A stretch of 64,000 nucleotides of DNA from positions 9,373-73,372 of the forward strand of contig CACOFZ010000005.1 of assembly GCA_902626605.1 (NCBI GenBank), written 5' to 3'. The position numbers and the translations under genes were made by a program. The notes beneath the pieces are model-generated. The model saw only the letters and a program-made list of their open reading frames with translations, searched no databases and was not told where the DNA came from. This DNA is from an uncultured PS1 clade bacterium (GTDB lineage: Bacteria > Pseudomonadota > Alphaproteobacteria > MED-G09). Below, piece by piece: positions 55,115 to 64,000 of this stretch (within the stretch, counting starts at the first letter, position 1; each line of letters begins with the position of its first letter).

Positions 55115-55993
55115 ATGACAAAAAATTTTAGGTTAATATTAATCTTATTTTTTTTAATTTTTTTAAACCCCATTTATGTAAATTCATGTGATAGGGCCTA
55201 TAACCCTAGTAAAATTACAGTTGCTGGAGGTTCTATAACAGAAATTTTATATTTTTTAGAAGAACAGAGTAAAATAGTAGCTGTTGATCTAACATCAAAT
55301 TTTCCGGAAGAAACAAAAAAATTTCCTTCTATAGGCTATGTTAGAAATTTGTCAGCAGAGGGCGTTTTATCTCTTAAACCAACTCTTGTAATTGGTGAGG
55401 ATGATATGGGGCCACCTGATGTAGTAAATCAAATTAAAAAAACGGGTATTGATATTATAATTTTAAAGGAAGAACACTCCTCAGAGGGTATTATTGATAA
55501 GATTAAGTGTGTAGGAGAAATAATTGGTGAGAGAGAAAAAACTATTGATATAATTAATAATAAAATTATGCCAATTAAGATTGAGTTAGATAATTTATCT
55601 AAAAATTTAAAAAATCAAAATATTAAGGTAATGTTTATACTAACAATGGATAGTGGTTCACCAATCATCGGTGGTAAAGATACATCCGCCGATGGTTTTA
55701 TTAAAATGATTGGTGCAAGAAATGCTTTCGATAGTTTTGAGGGCTGGAAGCCTGTTGGAACTGAGTCAATAATTGATGCAGCACCCGATATAATTTTAAT
55801 TTCAAATCGTGGGGCTCACTCTTATAAAAATTTAGAAAACATGCATAATCACCCTACAGTAAAATATACACCTGCCGCAATAAATAGAAATATTATCGCT
55901 CTTGATGGTATGCAAATGCTCGGGTTTGGTCCTAGAACAATTGAAACAGCTCTGTACTTATCCAAAAAGTTTCAAATGATAGAAAACAATTAA
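55115..55993 (+). CDS. hmuT: Hemin ABC transporter periplasmic binding protein
   Basis: Signal peptide, class III PBP pattern (KPTLVIG, PDIILIS); operon with a FecCD permease and ATPase. Confidence 0.8.
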   Translation: MTKNFRLILILFFLIFLNPIYVNSCDRAYNPSKITVAGGSITEILYFLEEQSKIVAVDLTSNFPEETKKFPSIGYVRNLSAEGVLSLKPTLVIGEDDMGPPDVVNQIKKTGIDIIILKEEHSSEGIIDKIKCVGEIIGEREKTIDIINNKIMPIKIELDNLSKNLKNQNIKVMFILTMDSGSPIIGGKDTSADGFIKMIGARNAFDSFEGWKPVGTESIIDAAPDIILISNRGAHSYKNLENMHNHPTVKYTPAAINRNIIALDGMQMLGFGPRTIETALYLSKKFQMIENN

Positions 55994-55995
55994 TC

Positions 55996-57021
55996 ATGTT
56001 ATCAATCATTAATTTGAAATTTTTAAATAGCGCACAATCATTTATATTATTTTTTTTATTAATTCTTTTGTTGCTGGTTTTAATAGTATCATTTTCATTA
56101 GGTAGTTACAGCTTTCCTGTTTTATCAATTTTAATGGGCAATACATCAGCAATTGAAGCAACAATATTTACCGAAATTAGAGTACCAAGAGTTATTTTAG
56201 CAGCAATAGTTGGTGCAAGTCTGTCAGTTTCCGGAGCCTGCTTGCAGGGTTTATTTAGAAATCCTCTTGCTGACCCAGGTTTAATTGGAGTTTCAGCTGG
56301 AGCTGCTTTAGGCGCATCTACCATTATAGTTTTTGGTTCATCATTAACCTCTGCTTTTATTTTTTCTACTTTTCTATTGCCTCTATCTGCCTGTCTGGGT
56401 TCAGGATTAGTTATTTTAATGCTTTTTCTTTTAACTAGAGGTTTTGGTCACCAAGGTGTTACTTATATGCTATTAGTAGGTATTGCTGTAAATGCTATTG
56501 CATCTGTTGGAATTGGAATATTAACCTTTATAAGCTCAGATTCTGAATTGAGAAGTTTGACCTTTTGGACAATGGGAAGTTTTGGTGGCATAACCTGGTC
56601 TTTGTTGATACCAGCTCTAATAATAATTTTCATTTCTTTTTTGTTTTTATTACCTATTTTAAGAAATCTAGATATTCTTCAGCTAGGGGAGTCTGAGGCA
56701 AAAAGACTTGGTGTAAATGTAAAAAGCCTAAAATATAGAATTATATTTGCTTCAGCAGCATCTGTAGGAGCAAGCGTCTCCTTATCCGGTATGATTGGTT
56801 TTGTAGGATTAGTTGTACCTCACTTATTAAGACTTCTTTCAGGTGTAAACCATACTTATGTAGTTATAGGATCAGCTTTATTAGGATCTTCTCTAATGGT
56901 TTTCGCTGACTTATTATCAAGATTATTAATTCAACCAGCCGAATTACCTGTAGGCTTGATTACCAGTGCGATTGGTTCACCATTTTTCCTTTGGCTAATT
57001 TTTAGGATTAATAAAATATGA
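55996..57021 (+). CDS. hmuU: FecCD-family iron/hemin ABC permease
   Basis: RVPRVILAAIVGASLSVSGACLQGLFRNPLADPGLIGVSAGA motif. Confidence 0.9.
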   Translation: MLSIINLKFLNSAQSFILFFLLILLLLVLIVSFSLGSYSFPVLSILMGNTSAIEATIFTEIRVPRVILAAIVGASLSVSGACLQGLFRNPLADPGLIGVSAGAALGASTIIVFGSSLTSAFIFSTFLLPLSACLGSGLVILMLFLLTRGFGHQGVTYMLLVGIAVNAIASVGIGILTFISSDSELRSLTFWTMGSFGGITWSLLIPALIIIFISFLFLLPILRNLDILQLGESEAKRLGVNVKSLKYRIIFASAASVGASVSLSGMIGFVGLVVPHLLRLLSGVNHTYVVIGSALLGSSLMVFADLLSRLLIQPAELPVGLITSAIGSPFFLWLIFRINKI

Positions 57022-57797
57022 GTATTTATTCAAAAGATATTGCTCTATTTTATGATGAAAAAGAAATTTTAAAAGATATTTCAATTGAGATTAGGGAAGG
57101 GAAAATAACAACACTACTTGGTCCAAATGGGGCAGGAAAATCGTCATTTTTGAATATTATATCCGGAGATTTAGATTTTTATAATGGAGAGGTTTTATAC
57201 AATCAAAGAAATTTAAAAGAAATAAATATCCAAGAAAAAGCTTTTTTGAGAAGTGTTATGGCACAATCTCAGCCAATTGTTTTTGACTTTAGTGTCAAAG
57301 AAATTGTTGAAATGGGTTGGTTAGAAAAAGGTAATATAAAATATTCAGATAATTTTAAAACTGCTCTAAATGAGGTATTAATAGAGTGTGATATTGATTA
57401 TCTAAAAAACAGAAAATTTAATACTCTTTCAGGTGGCGAACAGCGAAGAGTGCATTTTGCTAGATCTTTACTTCAACTCTGGAGAGAATCTAACTCAGTT
57501 GATCCTTGTTATTTAATGCTTGATGAGCCAACATCAAATCTTGATTTATTTCATCAAATAAAAATGATGAATGCTATTAAAAAATTATCAACTGAAGGTA
57601 TTGGAATATTTATGATTTTACACGATCTGAATTTAGCTTTTAAGTATTCAGACTATATTGCTATTTTAAAAAATGGAAAAATTATTTCTTTCGGAGAGCC
57701 AAAATCAATTATTAATGACGATGTCCTCTCAAGTGCTTTCGGTGTAAAAATTCAAGTAAATAAAAAAGATGATAATATATTTATCAATTATGTGTAA
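57018..57797 (+). CDS. hmuV: Hemin ABC transporter ATP-binding protein
   Basis: Walker A GPNGAGKSS, signature LSGGEQRR, Walker B LMLDEPTS. Confidence 0.9.
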   Translation: MSIYSKDIALFYDEKEILKDISIEIREGKITTLLGPNGAGKSSFLNIISGDLDFYNGEVLYNQRNLKEINIQEKAFLRSVMAQSQPIVFDFSVKEIVEMGWLEKGNIKYSDNFKTALNEVLIECDIDYLKNRKFNTLSGGEQRRVHFARSLLQLWRESNSVDPCYLMLDEPTSNLDLFHQIKMMNAIKKLSTEGIGIFMILHDLNLAFKYSDYIAILKNGKIISFGEPKSIINDDVLSSAFGVKIQVNKKDDNIFINYV

Positions 57798-57802
57798 AAA
57801 AT

Positions 57803-58519
57803 ATGGTTAAAAAATACGAAAGTGAGGCTGTGACACTGATGCGAGCCAATAATGTTGCGGTATTATCAACATTATCAAAAAAATATAATAATTTTCCTTT
57901 TGGAAGTTTTATAACTTATGTCACTGGTCAAGATAGATCTATATATATTTACGCAAGTGATATTGCTGAACATACAAAAAATATTATTAAAAACTCAAAA
58001 TCCTGTCTTACAATTTTTAAATTAAAGGTTAATCAAGATAAACAAAATAGCTCTAGATTAAGTATAATGGGTGATTTTAAAAAAATTCAAAATCAAGAAG
58101 ATATAGAAAATTGCAAAATTCGATTTTTTAAATTTCTCCCTGAAAGCAAAACTTATTCTAATATGCATGATTTTAATTTCTATAAAATGAAGCCTAATAA
58201 AATTAGATGGATTGGTGGTTTTGGAGAAATTGCTTGGTTAAAGGACAAGTTTTGGACTAGTGATAATCCAGATTGGTCAGAAGATGAAGACTCAATTGTT
58301 AGTCATGTAAACAATGATCATAAAGATGTTATTATTGCAACGTTAAAAGGTGTACACGATATTTATGATAAAAATGTTGAAGTATTGAGTTTATCAATTG
58401 ATGGCTATTTTTTAAAAACTAAAAATAAAATTCTCTTTATACCTTTTGATAATCCTTGCATTAGTTCTAAACAGGTTAGAGATGAATTTATAAATCACGC
58501 TAAAAAATTTAAAATTTAA
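57803..58519 (+). CDS. HugZ-like heme utilisation protein (PNPOx-like split barrel plus DUF2470-like C-terminus)
   Basis: MRANNVAVLSTLS...FPFGSF N-terminal pattern; directly follows hmuV. Confidence 0.7.
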   Translation: MVKKYESEAVTLMRANNVAVLSTLSKKYNNFPFGSFITYVTGQDRSIYIYASDIAEHTKNIIKNSKSCLTIFKLKVNQDKQNSSRLSIMGDFKKIQNQEDIENCKIRFFKFLPESKTYSNMHDFNFYKMKPNKIRWIGGFGEIAWLKDKFWTSDNPDWSEDEDSIVSHVNNDHKDVIIATLKGVHDIYDKNVEVLSLSIDGYFLKTKNKILFIPFDNPCISSKQVRDEFINHAKKFKI

Positions 58520-58587
58520 AAAAAAACTTTCATTATTGTTAATAATTTGCTGTATATGTTTATATTCAAAACTAAGAGGGTATTTAA

Positions 58588-59286
58588 ATGAAAAAAATTC
58601 TTTTCGTCTTTATTCTTGTATTTTCAATTAATTTGTTAGCTGAAGATAACATCAAGCCTCAAGAAGGTGCCTTTACCTCATTGTATGTTTCAGCAACAGA
58701 TGTTGATAAATATGTTTCATTCTTAAGAGGTAATTCTGATGCTTTTAGAGCAATAGGATCTAGTGATGCAGGTGTCTGTATCACAAGATCGGGTAACCAG
58801 TATCCTGGTCAAATGATGATTTGGAATGCTTTTCCTTCTGTTGAGGCGGCTATGGTTGGTTCCTTAAAATATGATCCTTATAAAGCAAAGGGACCTATTT
58901 CTAAGCTAAGAAAAGTAAAACACTCAACCATATGGAAATCGCTTAAAAGCTTTAGATTAGATCCAGGACATGAGGTTGTAGGAAGATTTAAGGTAAAACA
59001 GGAAAATATAAATTCTTTTGTTCAAGCTATTGCATCTCTAGAAAAAGAAATACAAAGTAATGGTCATCCTGACTTCTTTAATGGCGTTTTTGTCTCAATT
59101 GCTGGAGGAACTGAATCCCAGACAATCAAAGTAAGAAGTATTACTAGCAGCGCTTCTGATCAAGGCAAAATTGCTGACGAATATTTTAGTGGAAAATATA
59201 AGTCTTTCAATGATGCTGTTGCATTAACTGAAGGATTTGTTGATGAACAAATTCAAATTTGCGAACAAATATATTTTACAAAATAA
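58588..59286 (+). CDS. Exported hypothetical protein
   Basis: Signal peptide ending NLLAEDN; no motif recognised. Confidence 0.55.
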   Translation: MKKILFVFILVFSINLLAEDNIKPQEGAFTSLYVSATDVDKYVSFLRGNSDAFRAIGSSDAGVCITRSGNQYPGQMMIWNAFPSVEAAMVGSLKYDPYKAKGPISKLRKVKHSTIWKSLKSFRLDPGHEVVGRFKVKQENINSFVQAIASLEKEIQSNGHPDFFNGVFVSIAGGTESQTIKVRSITSSASDQGKIADEYFSGKYKSFNDAVALTEGFVDEQIQICEQIYFTK

Positions 59287-59314
59287 TTAAACGTTATAAA
59301 TTAGAGAAAATAAA

Positions 59315-60769
59315 ATGAGTGATGTAGGAATTTCATCTATTGCGGGGTATTTACCCCGCTTAAGACTTTCAAAAAAAACTGTCGCACAAGCCAACTCTTG
59401 GATAGCACCAAACCTTATGGGTAAGGGAAAAGGAACAAGATCAATGGCAAATTGGGATGAAGATAGCGTTACCATGTCAGTTGAAGCTATTAGGAGAGTT
59501 CTTGGAAAAGAAGATGATAGATCGCATGTTGATAGTCTATTTTTTGCTTCCACTACTATGCCCTTTGTAGACAGATTAAATTCAGGAATTATAAGAGCTG
59601 CTCTAACATTGGAAGAGGAAACTGAGTGTATAGACATATCTTCTTCACTTAAATCAGGAACAACTGCACTTATTCAGGCTTTGGCTAAAGTGAAAAGTGG
59701 AAATAGTAATTACTCAATTGTTTCAGCTTCTGATAAAAGAAAAGCGAGATCTGCAAGCTCACAAGAACTTGATTTTGGTGATGGGGCCGTTGCTATTGCA
59801 GTTGATAATGAAAATCTAATAGCAAAATACATTAATAGTTCATCTTTAAGTATTGATTTTATTGATCATTTTAGACAACCCAATGAAGAATTTGATTACA
59901 ATTGGGAAGAAAGATGGATTAGAGATGAGGGATATTTAAAAATAGTACCAAAAGCCATAGAGGAGTTATTTTCCAAGGCTAATATCTCAGGATCTGATAT
60001 AGATCATTTTATTCTTCCTAGTGTTTTTCCAAGGGTTGATCAAATGATTGCAAAAAAATGTGGTATTAATCCAGAAAATGTAGTTGATAATCTTGCTTTA
60101 TCAACAGGTGATACTGGTTCTGCGCATTCTTTACTTATGTTTGCTAGTATTTTAGAAAAAGCAAACCCTGGAGAAAAAGTACTTTTAAGCAGTTTTGGTA
60201 ATGGTTCTGATGTAATTTTATTTGAAATAACTAATAATATAAAGAATTATAAACCTGAGCAAACTATTGAAAGTCTTTTAAATAATGGTGTTGAGGAAAA
60301 TAATTATATGAAATACCTAACTTTCAACGATCTTGTTAAATGGGAGAAAGGCATGAGAGGTGAGCAAGATCGTAAAACAGCTCTTACAACTTTATATCGT
60401 CATAACGATGCTATTATGGGCTTAGTTGGGGGTAAATGTACAAAAACAGGAACTATTCAATACCCTGCATCTCCAATATCAGTAAGTCCTAATAGTCCTG
60501 ATTTAAACACTCAAGAACCATATAAATTTGCAGAAAAGAAAGCTAAAATCTTATCATGGTCAGCAGATTATTTGTCTTTTTCAGTCAATCCGCCTAATCA
60601 CTATGGAGTGGTTGATTTTGAAGAGGGTGGAAGAATAATGGTTGATTTTACTGATGTTGAAAAAGGTGATATTGATTCTGGTATGGATGTAAAAATGGTT
60701 TTTAGAGTAAAAATTGTTGATGAAATTAGAGGTTTTACCAGATATTTTTGGAAAGCAATACCAGTTTAA
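59315..60769 (+). CDS. HMG-CoA synthase-like thiolase-fold domain fused to a zinc-ribbon/OB-fold (DUF35-like) domain
   Basis: The N-terminus aligns with archaeal HMGCS (IAGYLPRLRL, DEDSVTMSVEA, LKSGTTALIQ). The C-terminus carries GGKCTKTGTIQYP and an OB-fold-like tail. Confidence 0.7.
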   Translation: MSDVGISSIAGYLPRLRLSKKTVAQANSWIAPNLMGKGKGTRSMANWDEDSVTMSVEAIRRVLGKEDDRSHVDSLFFASTTMPFVDRLNSGIIRAALTLEEETECIDISSSLKSGTTALIQALAKVKSGNSNYSIVSASDKRKARSASSQELDFGDGAVAIAVDNENLIAKYINSSSLSIDFIDHFRQPNEEFDYNWEERWIRDEGYLKIVPKAIEELFSKANISGSDIDHFILPSVFPRVDQMIAKKCGINPENVVDNLALSTGDTGSAHSLLMFASILEKANPGEKVLLSSFGNGSDVILFEITNNIKNYKPEQTIESLLNNGVEENNYMKYLTFNDLVKWEKGMRGEQDRKTALTTLYRHNDAIMGLVGGKCTKTGTIQYPASPISVSPNSPDLNTQEPYKFAEKKAKILSWSADYLSFSVNPPNHYGVVDFEEGGRIMVDFTDVEKGDIDSGMDVKMVFRVKIVDEIRGFTRYFWKAIPV

Positions 60770-60819
60770 TTTTTATAGATTTTATAATATAGTTAATTTT
60801 TAAATATACGGAGATATTC

Positions 60820-62022
60820 ATGGCCACTGGAATTAGAGATAAAGTTGCAATACTTGGAATGGGGTGTTCAAAATTTGGTGAACGTTGGGATGCAAGTCCA
60901 GAAGACTTAATGGTTGAGTCTTATGTTGAGGCTATGGAAGATGCGGGTATTGAACCCAATCAATTAGATGCAGCTTGGTTTTCGCACCATATCGATGATA
61001 TTGGTGCTGGAAAAGGTGGTACTCCAATGTCAATTGCTTTAAGACTTCCTAATATTGCTGTTACTCGGGTAGAAAACTACTGTGCATCAGGCTCTGAAGC
61101 TTTCAGAGGAGCTGTTTATGCTGTAGCAGCTGGTGCAGCTGATATAGCAATTGCTGTTGGCATGGAAAAATTAAAGGATACTGGTTTTGGTGGTTTATCC
61201 CCAACAAATTATGGAACATTAACTCCTCAAATTGGACCATCTGGTTCAGCTCCTGGAAATTTTGCTCAATTAGCATCTGCCTATAGAGCAAAACACGGTG
61301 TTTCTGCAGAAGATTTAAAAAGGGCTATTGCTCATGTTTCAGTAAAAAGTCATGCAAATGGTGCAAAAAACCCGAAAGCTCACCTTCAAAAAGAAGTAAC
61401 TGAAGAACAAGTTCTTAATGCACCAATGATTGCTGAGCCTCTTGGTTTATTTGATTGTTGCGGAGTTTCTGATGGTGCCGCTGCCGCTATTGTGACAACA
61501 CCTGAAATCGCAAAAAGTTTAGGTAAAGATAACATTATATCTGTTAAAGCTCTTCAGTTAGCAGTATCTAATGGCCTTGAAAATCAACACAATAGCTGGG
61601 ACGGATCATATTTTCATACTGTAAGAGTTGCCGCAAAAAAAGCTTATGCAGAAGCTAATATTACCAAACCGCGTGAGCAAGTATCAATGATGGAGGTCCA
61701 TGATTGTTTTTCTGTTACTGAACTAGTCACAATGGAAGATTTATTTATTTCTGAAGAGGGGAATGCTGTAAAAGATGTTATGGACGGTTTTTATGATGCT
61801 GATGGAAAGGTTCCATGTCAGATTGATGGCGGTCTTAAATGTTTTGGTCACCCAATAGGTGCTTCAGGTTTAAGAATGCTTTATGAAATGTATTTACAAC
61901 TCCAAGGAAAAGCTGGCGAGAGACAATTAAGCAATCCTTCAATTGGGCTTACTCATAACTTAGGTGGCCAGCCTGCAAATAATGTTTGCTCCATTGCAAT
62001 AATTGGTGCTCTAGATAGTTAA
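60820..62022 (+). CDS. Thiolase domain protein (SCP-x / lipid-transfer type)
   Basis: VAILGMGCSKFGERW, ENYCASGSEAF (Cys nucleophile), HDCF and GHPIGASG motifs. Confidence 0.88.
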   Translation: MATGIRDKVAILGMGCSKFGERWDASPEDLMVESYVEAMEDAGIEPNQLDAAWFSHHIDDIGAGKGGTPMSIALRLPNIAVTRVENYCASGSEAFRGAVYAVAAGAADIAIAVGMEKLKDTGFGGLSPTNYGTLTPQIGPSGSAPGNFAQLASAYRAKHGVSAEDLKRAIAHVSVKSHANGAKNPKAHLQKEVTEEQVLNAPMIAEPLGLFDCCGVSDGAAAAIVTTPEIAKSLGKDNIISVKALQLAVSNGLENQHNSWDGSYFHTVRVAAKKAYAEANITKPREQVSMMEVHDCFSVTELVTMEDLFISEEGNAVKDVMDGFYDADGKVPCQIDGGLKCFGHPIGASGLRMLYEMYLQLQGKAGERQLSNPSIGLTHNLGGQPANNVCSIAIIGALDS

Positions 62023-62390
62023 TTATTTTTTTCAGCCAAATAGCCTGAATAATTTGGCTGATCAATACTTAGCTTTTCCATAGTTGTTTTATAAAGATGG
62101 TCAATTAAATTATTATCTTTAATATTGATTTCTTCATTATTAATTTTTTCACATAATATTCTATTTAATTCTATTAAATCACCGTCAATTTTTAATATTT
62201 CTTCAAGTCTTTTCTTTTCTTTAGAATTATTTTCATTTTCTAATCTTAATTGTCTTAAAATTATACCTAAAGAATTTTTTGCAACATGTGCATGGAATCG
62301 CTTCTGTCCTTTTAACTCACTAATTACATCATTTTCTATGTAATTTATTATAGAAATAATTAACTCTTCTTTAGATGGGGTATTATTCAT
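62019..62390 (-). CDS. DUF6285-like protein
   Basis: PSKEELIISIINYIENDV N-terminus; conserved position downstream of an APH-like kinase. Confidence 0.45.
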   Translation of the reverse strand: MNNTPSKEELIISIINYIENDVISELKGQKRFHAHVAKNSLGIILRQLRLENENNSKEKKRLEEILKIDGDLIELNRILCEKINNEEINIKDNNLIDHLYKTTMEKLSIDQPNYSGYLAEKNN

Positions 62391-63390
62391 GAATAAACTC
62401 CTTTGTTATTAACCTTAATAAATCAATTTCAGTTTCTGAGGATCTTCTCCCAATTGCAGCTCTATCAACACTTTTGTCGTAACCAGATTTATAGGCATCA
62501 TACATTTTCAAACACATAATACCCCATTTTAATGTTCCTAATACCTCCCAAAACTGTAAGGATTTTTTATCAATTTTAAATCCTGAGTTTTTTTCATAAG
62601 AATTATAAAAATCTTTTCTTTTACCAAAACCACCAACAGGATTATTTATTTTTCCAAATCTCCAACTATTTACACATATCCAAGCAAGATCTTCATGAGG
62701 ATCACCAAGATGTAAAAGTTCCCAATCTAATATTGATTTAACACCAGAGGTTTCAGACATAATTATATTTCCATTTCGAAAATCTCCATGTAACAAACAA
62801 GGCCTTTTATTAATTGGTATATTTTTTTCTAACCACTTAATGCTAAAATCAAAAACAGGAATACTTAGATTATAATTTTTATAAATTTCTTTATACTTTT
62901 CTAATTCATCAGATGCTTCCGATTTTTGTATGCTATTTAATTCTTGATAATTAATTGAATGTATCTTTGATAAATAAAAGCCACATTGTTCAGACAAATT
63001 TACATCTTTATTTTTAAGAAAATTTTCATCCACAATTTTATTACCAAGTGCTATTCCATCAATAAATTCCATAAAAAAACCCTCACCCAAATCACAGTCA
63101 GAGTCTGTCGAATACAAAATCCTAGGTACTGGCACTTCAGCCTTATAAGCAGCCATCATTACATCTGACTCTATTTTTAATGAAAGTGGAGGGTATTTAT
63201 TATCAGTATTCCTCATTCCTTGAAAATGTCTTCTTAATACAATTTTTTTTTCTTTTGATGAATTGTTATATTTTATTATCCAGGTTTCGTTGCTTGAACC
63301 TCCTGGCAATTTACCAATTTCAAAAATTGATTCAAATTTCATATCTTTTGATATTAAGAAATCTTTTATTTTTTTTTCTGTTTTATTCAC
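62383..63390 (-). CDS. Phosphotransferase (APH/ACAD10-like kinase) family protein
   Basis: LLHGDFRNGNIIM catalytic loop and ILDWELLHLGDPHEDLAW. Confidence 0.85.
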   Translation of the reverse strand: MNKTEKKIKDFLISKDMKFESIFEIGKLPGGSSNETWIIKYNNSSKEKKIVLRRHFQGMRNTDNKYPPLSLKIESDVMMAAYKAEVPVPRILYSTDSDCDLGEGFFMEFIDGIALGNKIVDENFLKNKDVNLSEQCGFYLSKIHSINYQELNSIQKSEASDELEKYKEIYKNYNLSIPVFDFSIKWLEKNIPINKRPCLLHGDFRNGNIIMSETSGVKSILDWELLHLGDPHEDLAWICVNSWRFGKINNPVGGFGKRKDFYNSYEKNSGFKIDKKSLQFWEVLGTLKWGIMCLKMYDAYKSGYDKSVDRAAIGRRSSETEIDLLRLITKEFIHE

Positions 63391-63444
63391 TTTTCCGTTT
63401 AATATTAGTTTTTTTCATAAGTTATTTTATGATACAAACTTATT

Positions 63445-64000
63445 ATGGCAAAGAACAAAGACAAAAATGTAAATTTAAAACCTGGTTTTTTTTCAAAACT
63501 AAGAACTTATTTCCTAACTGGTATTGTTGTTGCTGCTCCAATAACTGTTACTGGATGGGTAGCAATTTGGTTTGTGCAAGCAGTAGATGGGTGGTTTTCA
63601 CCATTCGCTCCAAAAGGTTACAATGATCTTCCTTTTAGCATACCTGGGCTTGGAATTATTTCTGCTTTTATTATTTTGACTATACTTGGCGCCCTAACAA
63701 CTAATTTCTTTGGAAGAACTATAATTGGGTATGGTGAAAGATTAGTTGATCGCCTGCCAATTATTAGAAATATATACGGCACTTTAAAACAAATATTTCA
63801 AACAATTGCCTCAAAATCCTCAAATAACTTTCAAAGAGTCGTAATGCTTGAATATCCTAAAGAGGGTTGCTGGGCTATTGCTTTTGTAACTACTGAAGCA
63901 AAAGGTGAAATTGCTAAAAAGCATGAAAATGAAATGCTTTGTGTTTTTCTTCCAACAACACCAAATCCAACATCTGGTTTTTTATTATTTGTTCCTAAAG
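63445..64000 (+). CDS. DUF502 family membrane protein (3' end runs off the window)
   Basis: My own translation: MAKNKDKNVNLKPGFFSKLRTYFLTGIVVAAPITVT...LPTTPNPTSGFLLFVPK. Not in the ORF track because the ORF is open at the window end. Confidence 0.8.
   Translation, partial: MAKNKDKNVNLKPGFFSKLRTYFLTGIVVAAPITVTGWVAIWFVQAVDGWFSPFAPKGYNDLPFSIPGLGIISAFIILTILGALTTNFFGRTIIGYGERLVDRLPIIRNIYGTLKQIFQTIASKSSNNFQRVVMLEYPKEGCWAIAFVTTEAKGEIAKKHENEMLCVFLPTTPNPTSGFLLFVPK

Noticed and set aside
63180-63626. ORF-track entries 63180-63626 (+), 63263-63472 (+) and 62986-63168 (+).
   Set aside because: They are antisense to or overlap the well-supported kinase gene, and their translations are low-complexity and Phe/Leu-rich. 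The real + strand gene here is the DUF502 ORF starting at 63445.

Overview
AT-rich (about 30% GC by eye), gene-dense window with short or overlapping gene junctions. It looks like a streamlined marine alphaproteobacterium; this is an inference from an NDUFS4/ETC_C1-type gene, nickel SOD, heme uptake and a carotenoid oxygenase. I count about 85 protein genes and 2 tRNAs (Pro-UGG, Arg-UCU). I recognised no rRNA, CRISPR, transposase or integrase. Recognisable content: (i) a TonB-dependent receptor at the 5' end carrying five His/Asp/Glu-rich insertions, preceded by a hairpin that sequesters its Shine-Dalgarno; (ii) a CoxG-CoxS-CoxM-XdhC-XdhC-MocA cluster with no molybdopterin large subunit; (iii) many small redox and detox genes in paralogous pairs (nitroreductase, DoxX, PaaI, SnoaL, ALDH, P450, PNPOx); (iv) typA, glmU and glmS; (v) a Fur-box divergent locus with TBDR-66aa-sodN-sodX on one strand and hmuTUV plus a HugZ-like gene on the other; (vi) a thiolase plus HMGCS-like/DUF35 pair. 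The best candidate for something new lies directly downstream of glmS, a classical insertion hot spot. It comprises a tightly coupled HIT-HNH gene pair (37440-38828) followed by three single-ORF cassettes (39030-40307). The cassettes are delimited by four copies of a conserved intergenic element with core ACGGTAGAGTA. The last copy forms the upstream region of a KAS III gene. All function calls rest on motif recognition by eye; no database search was run.
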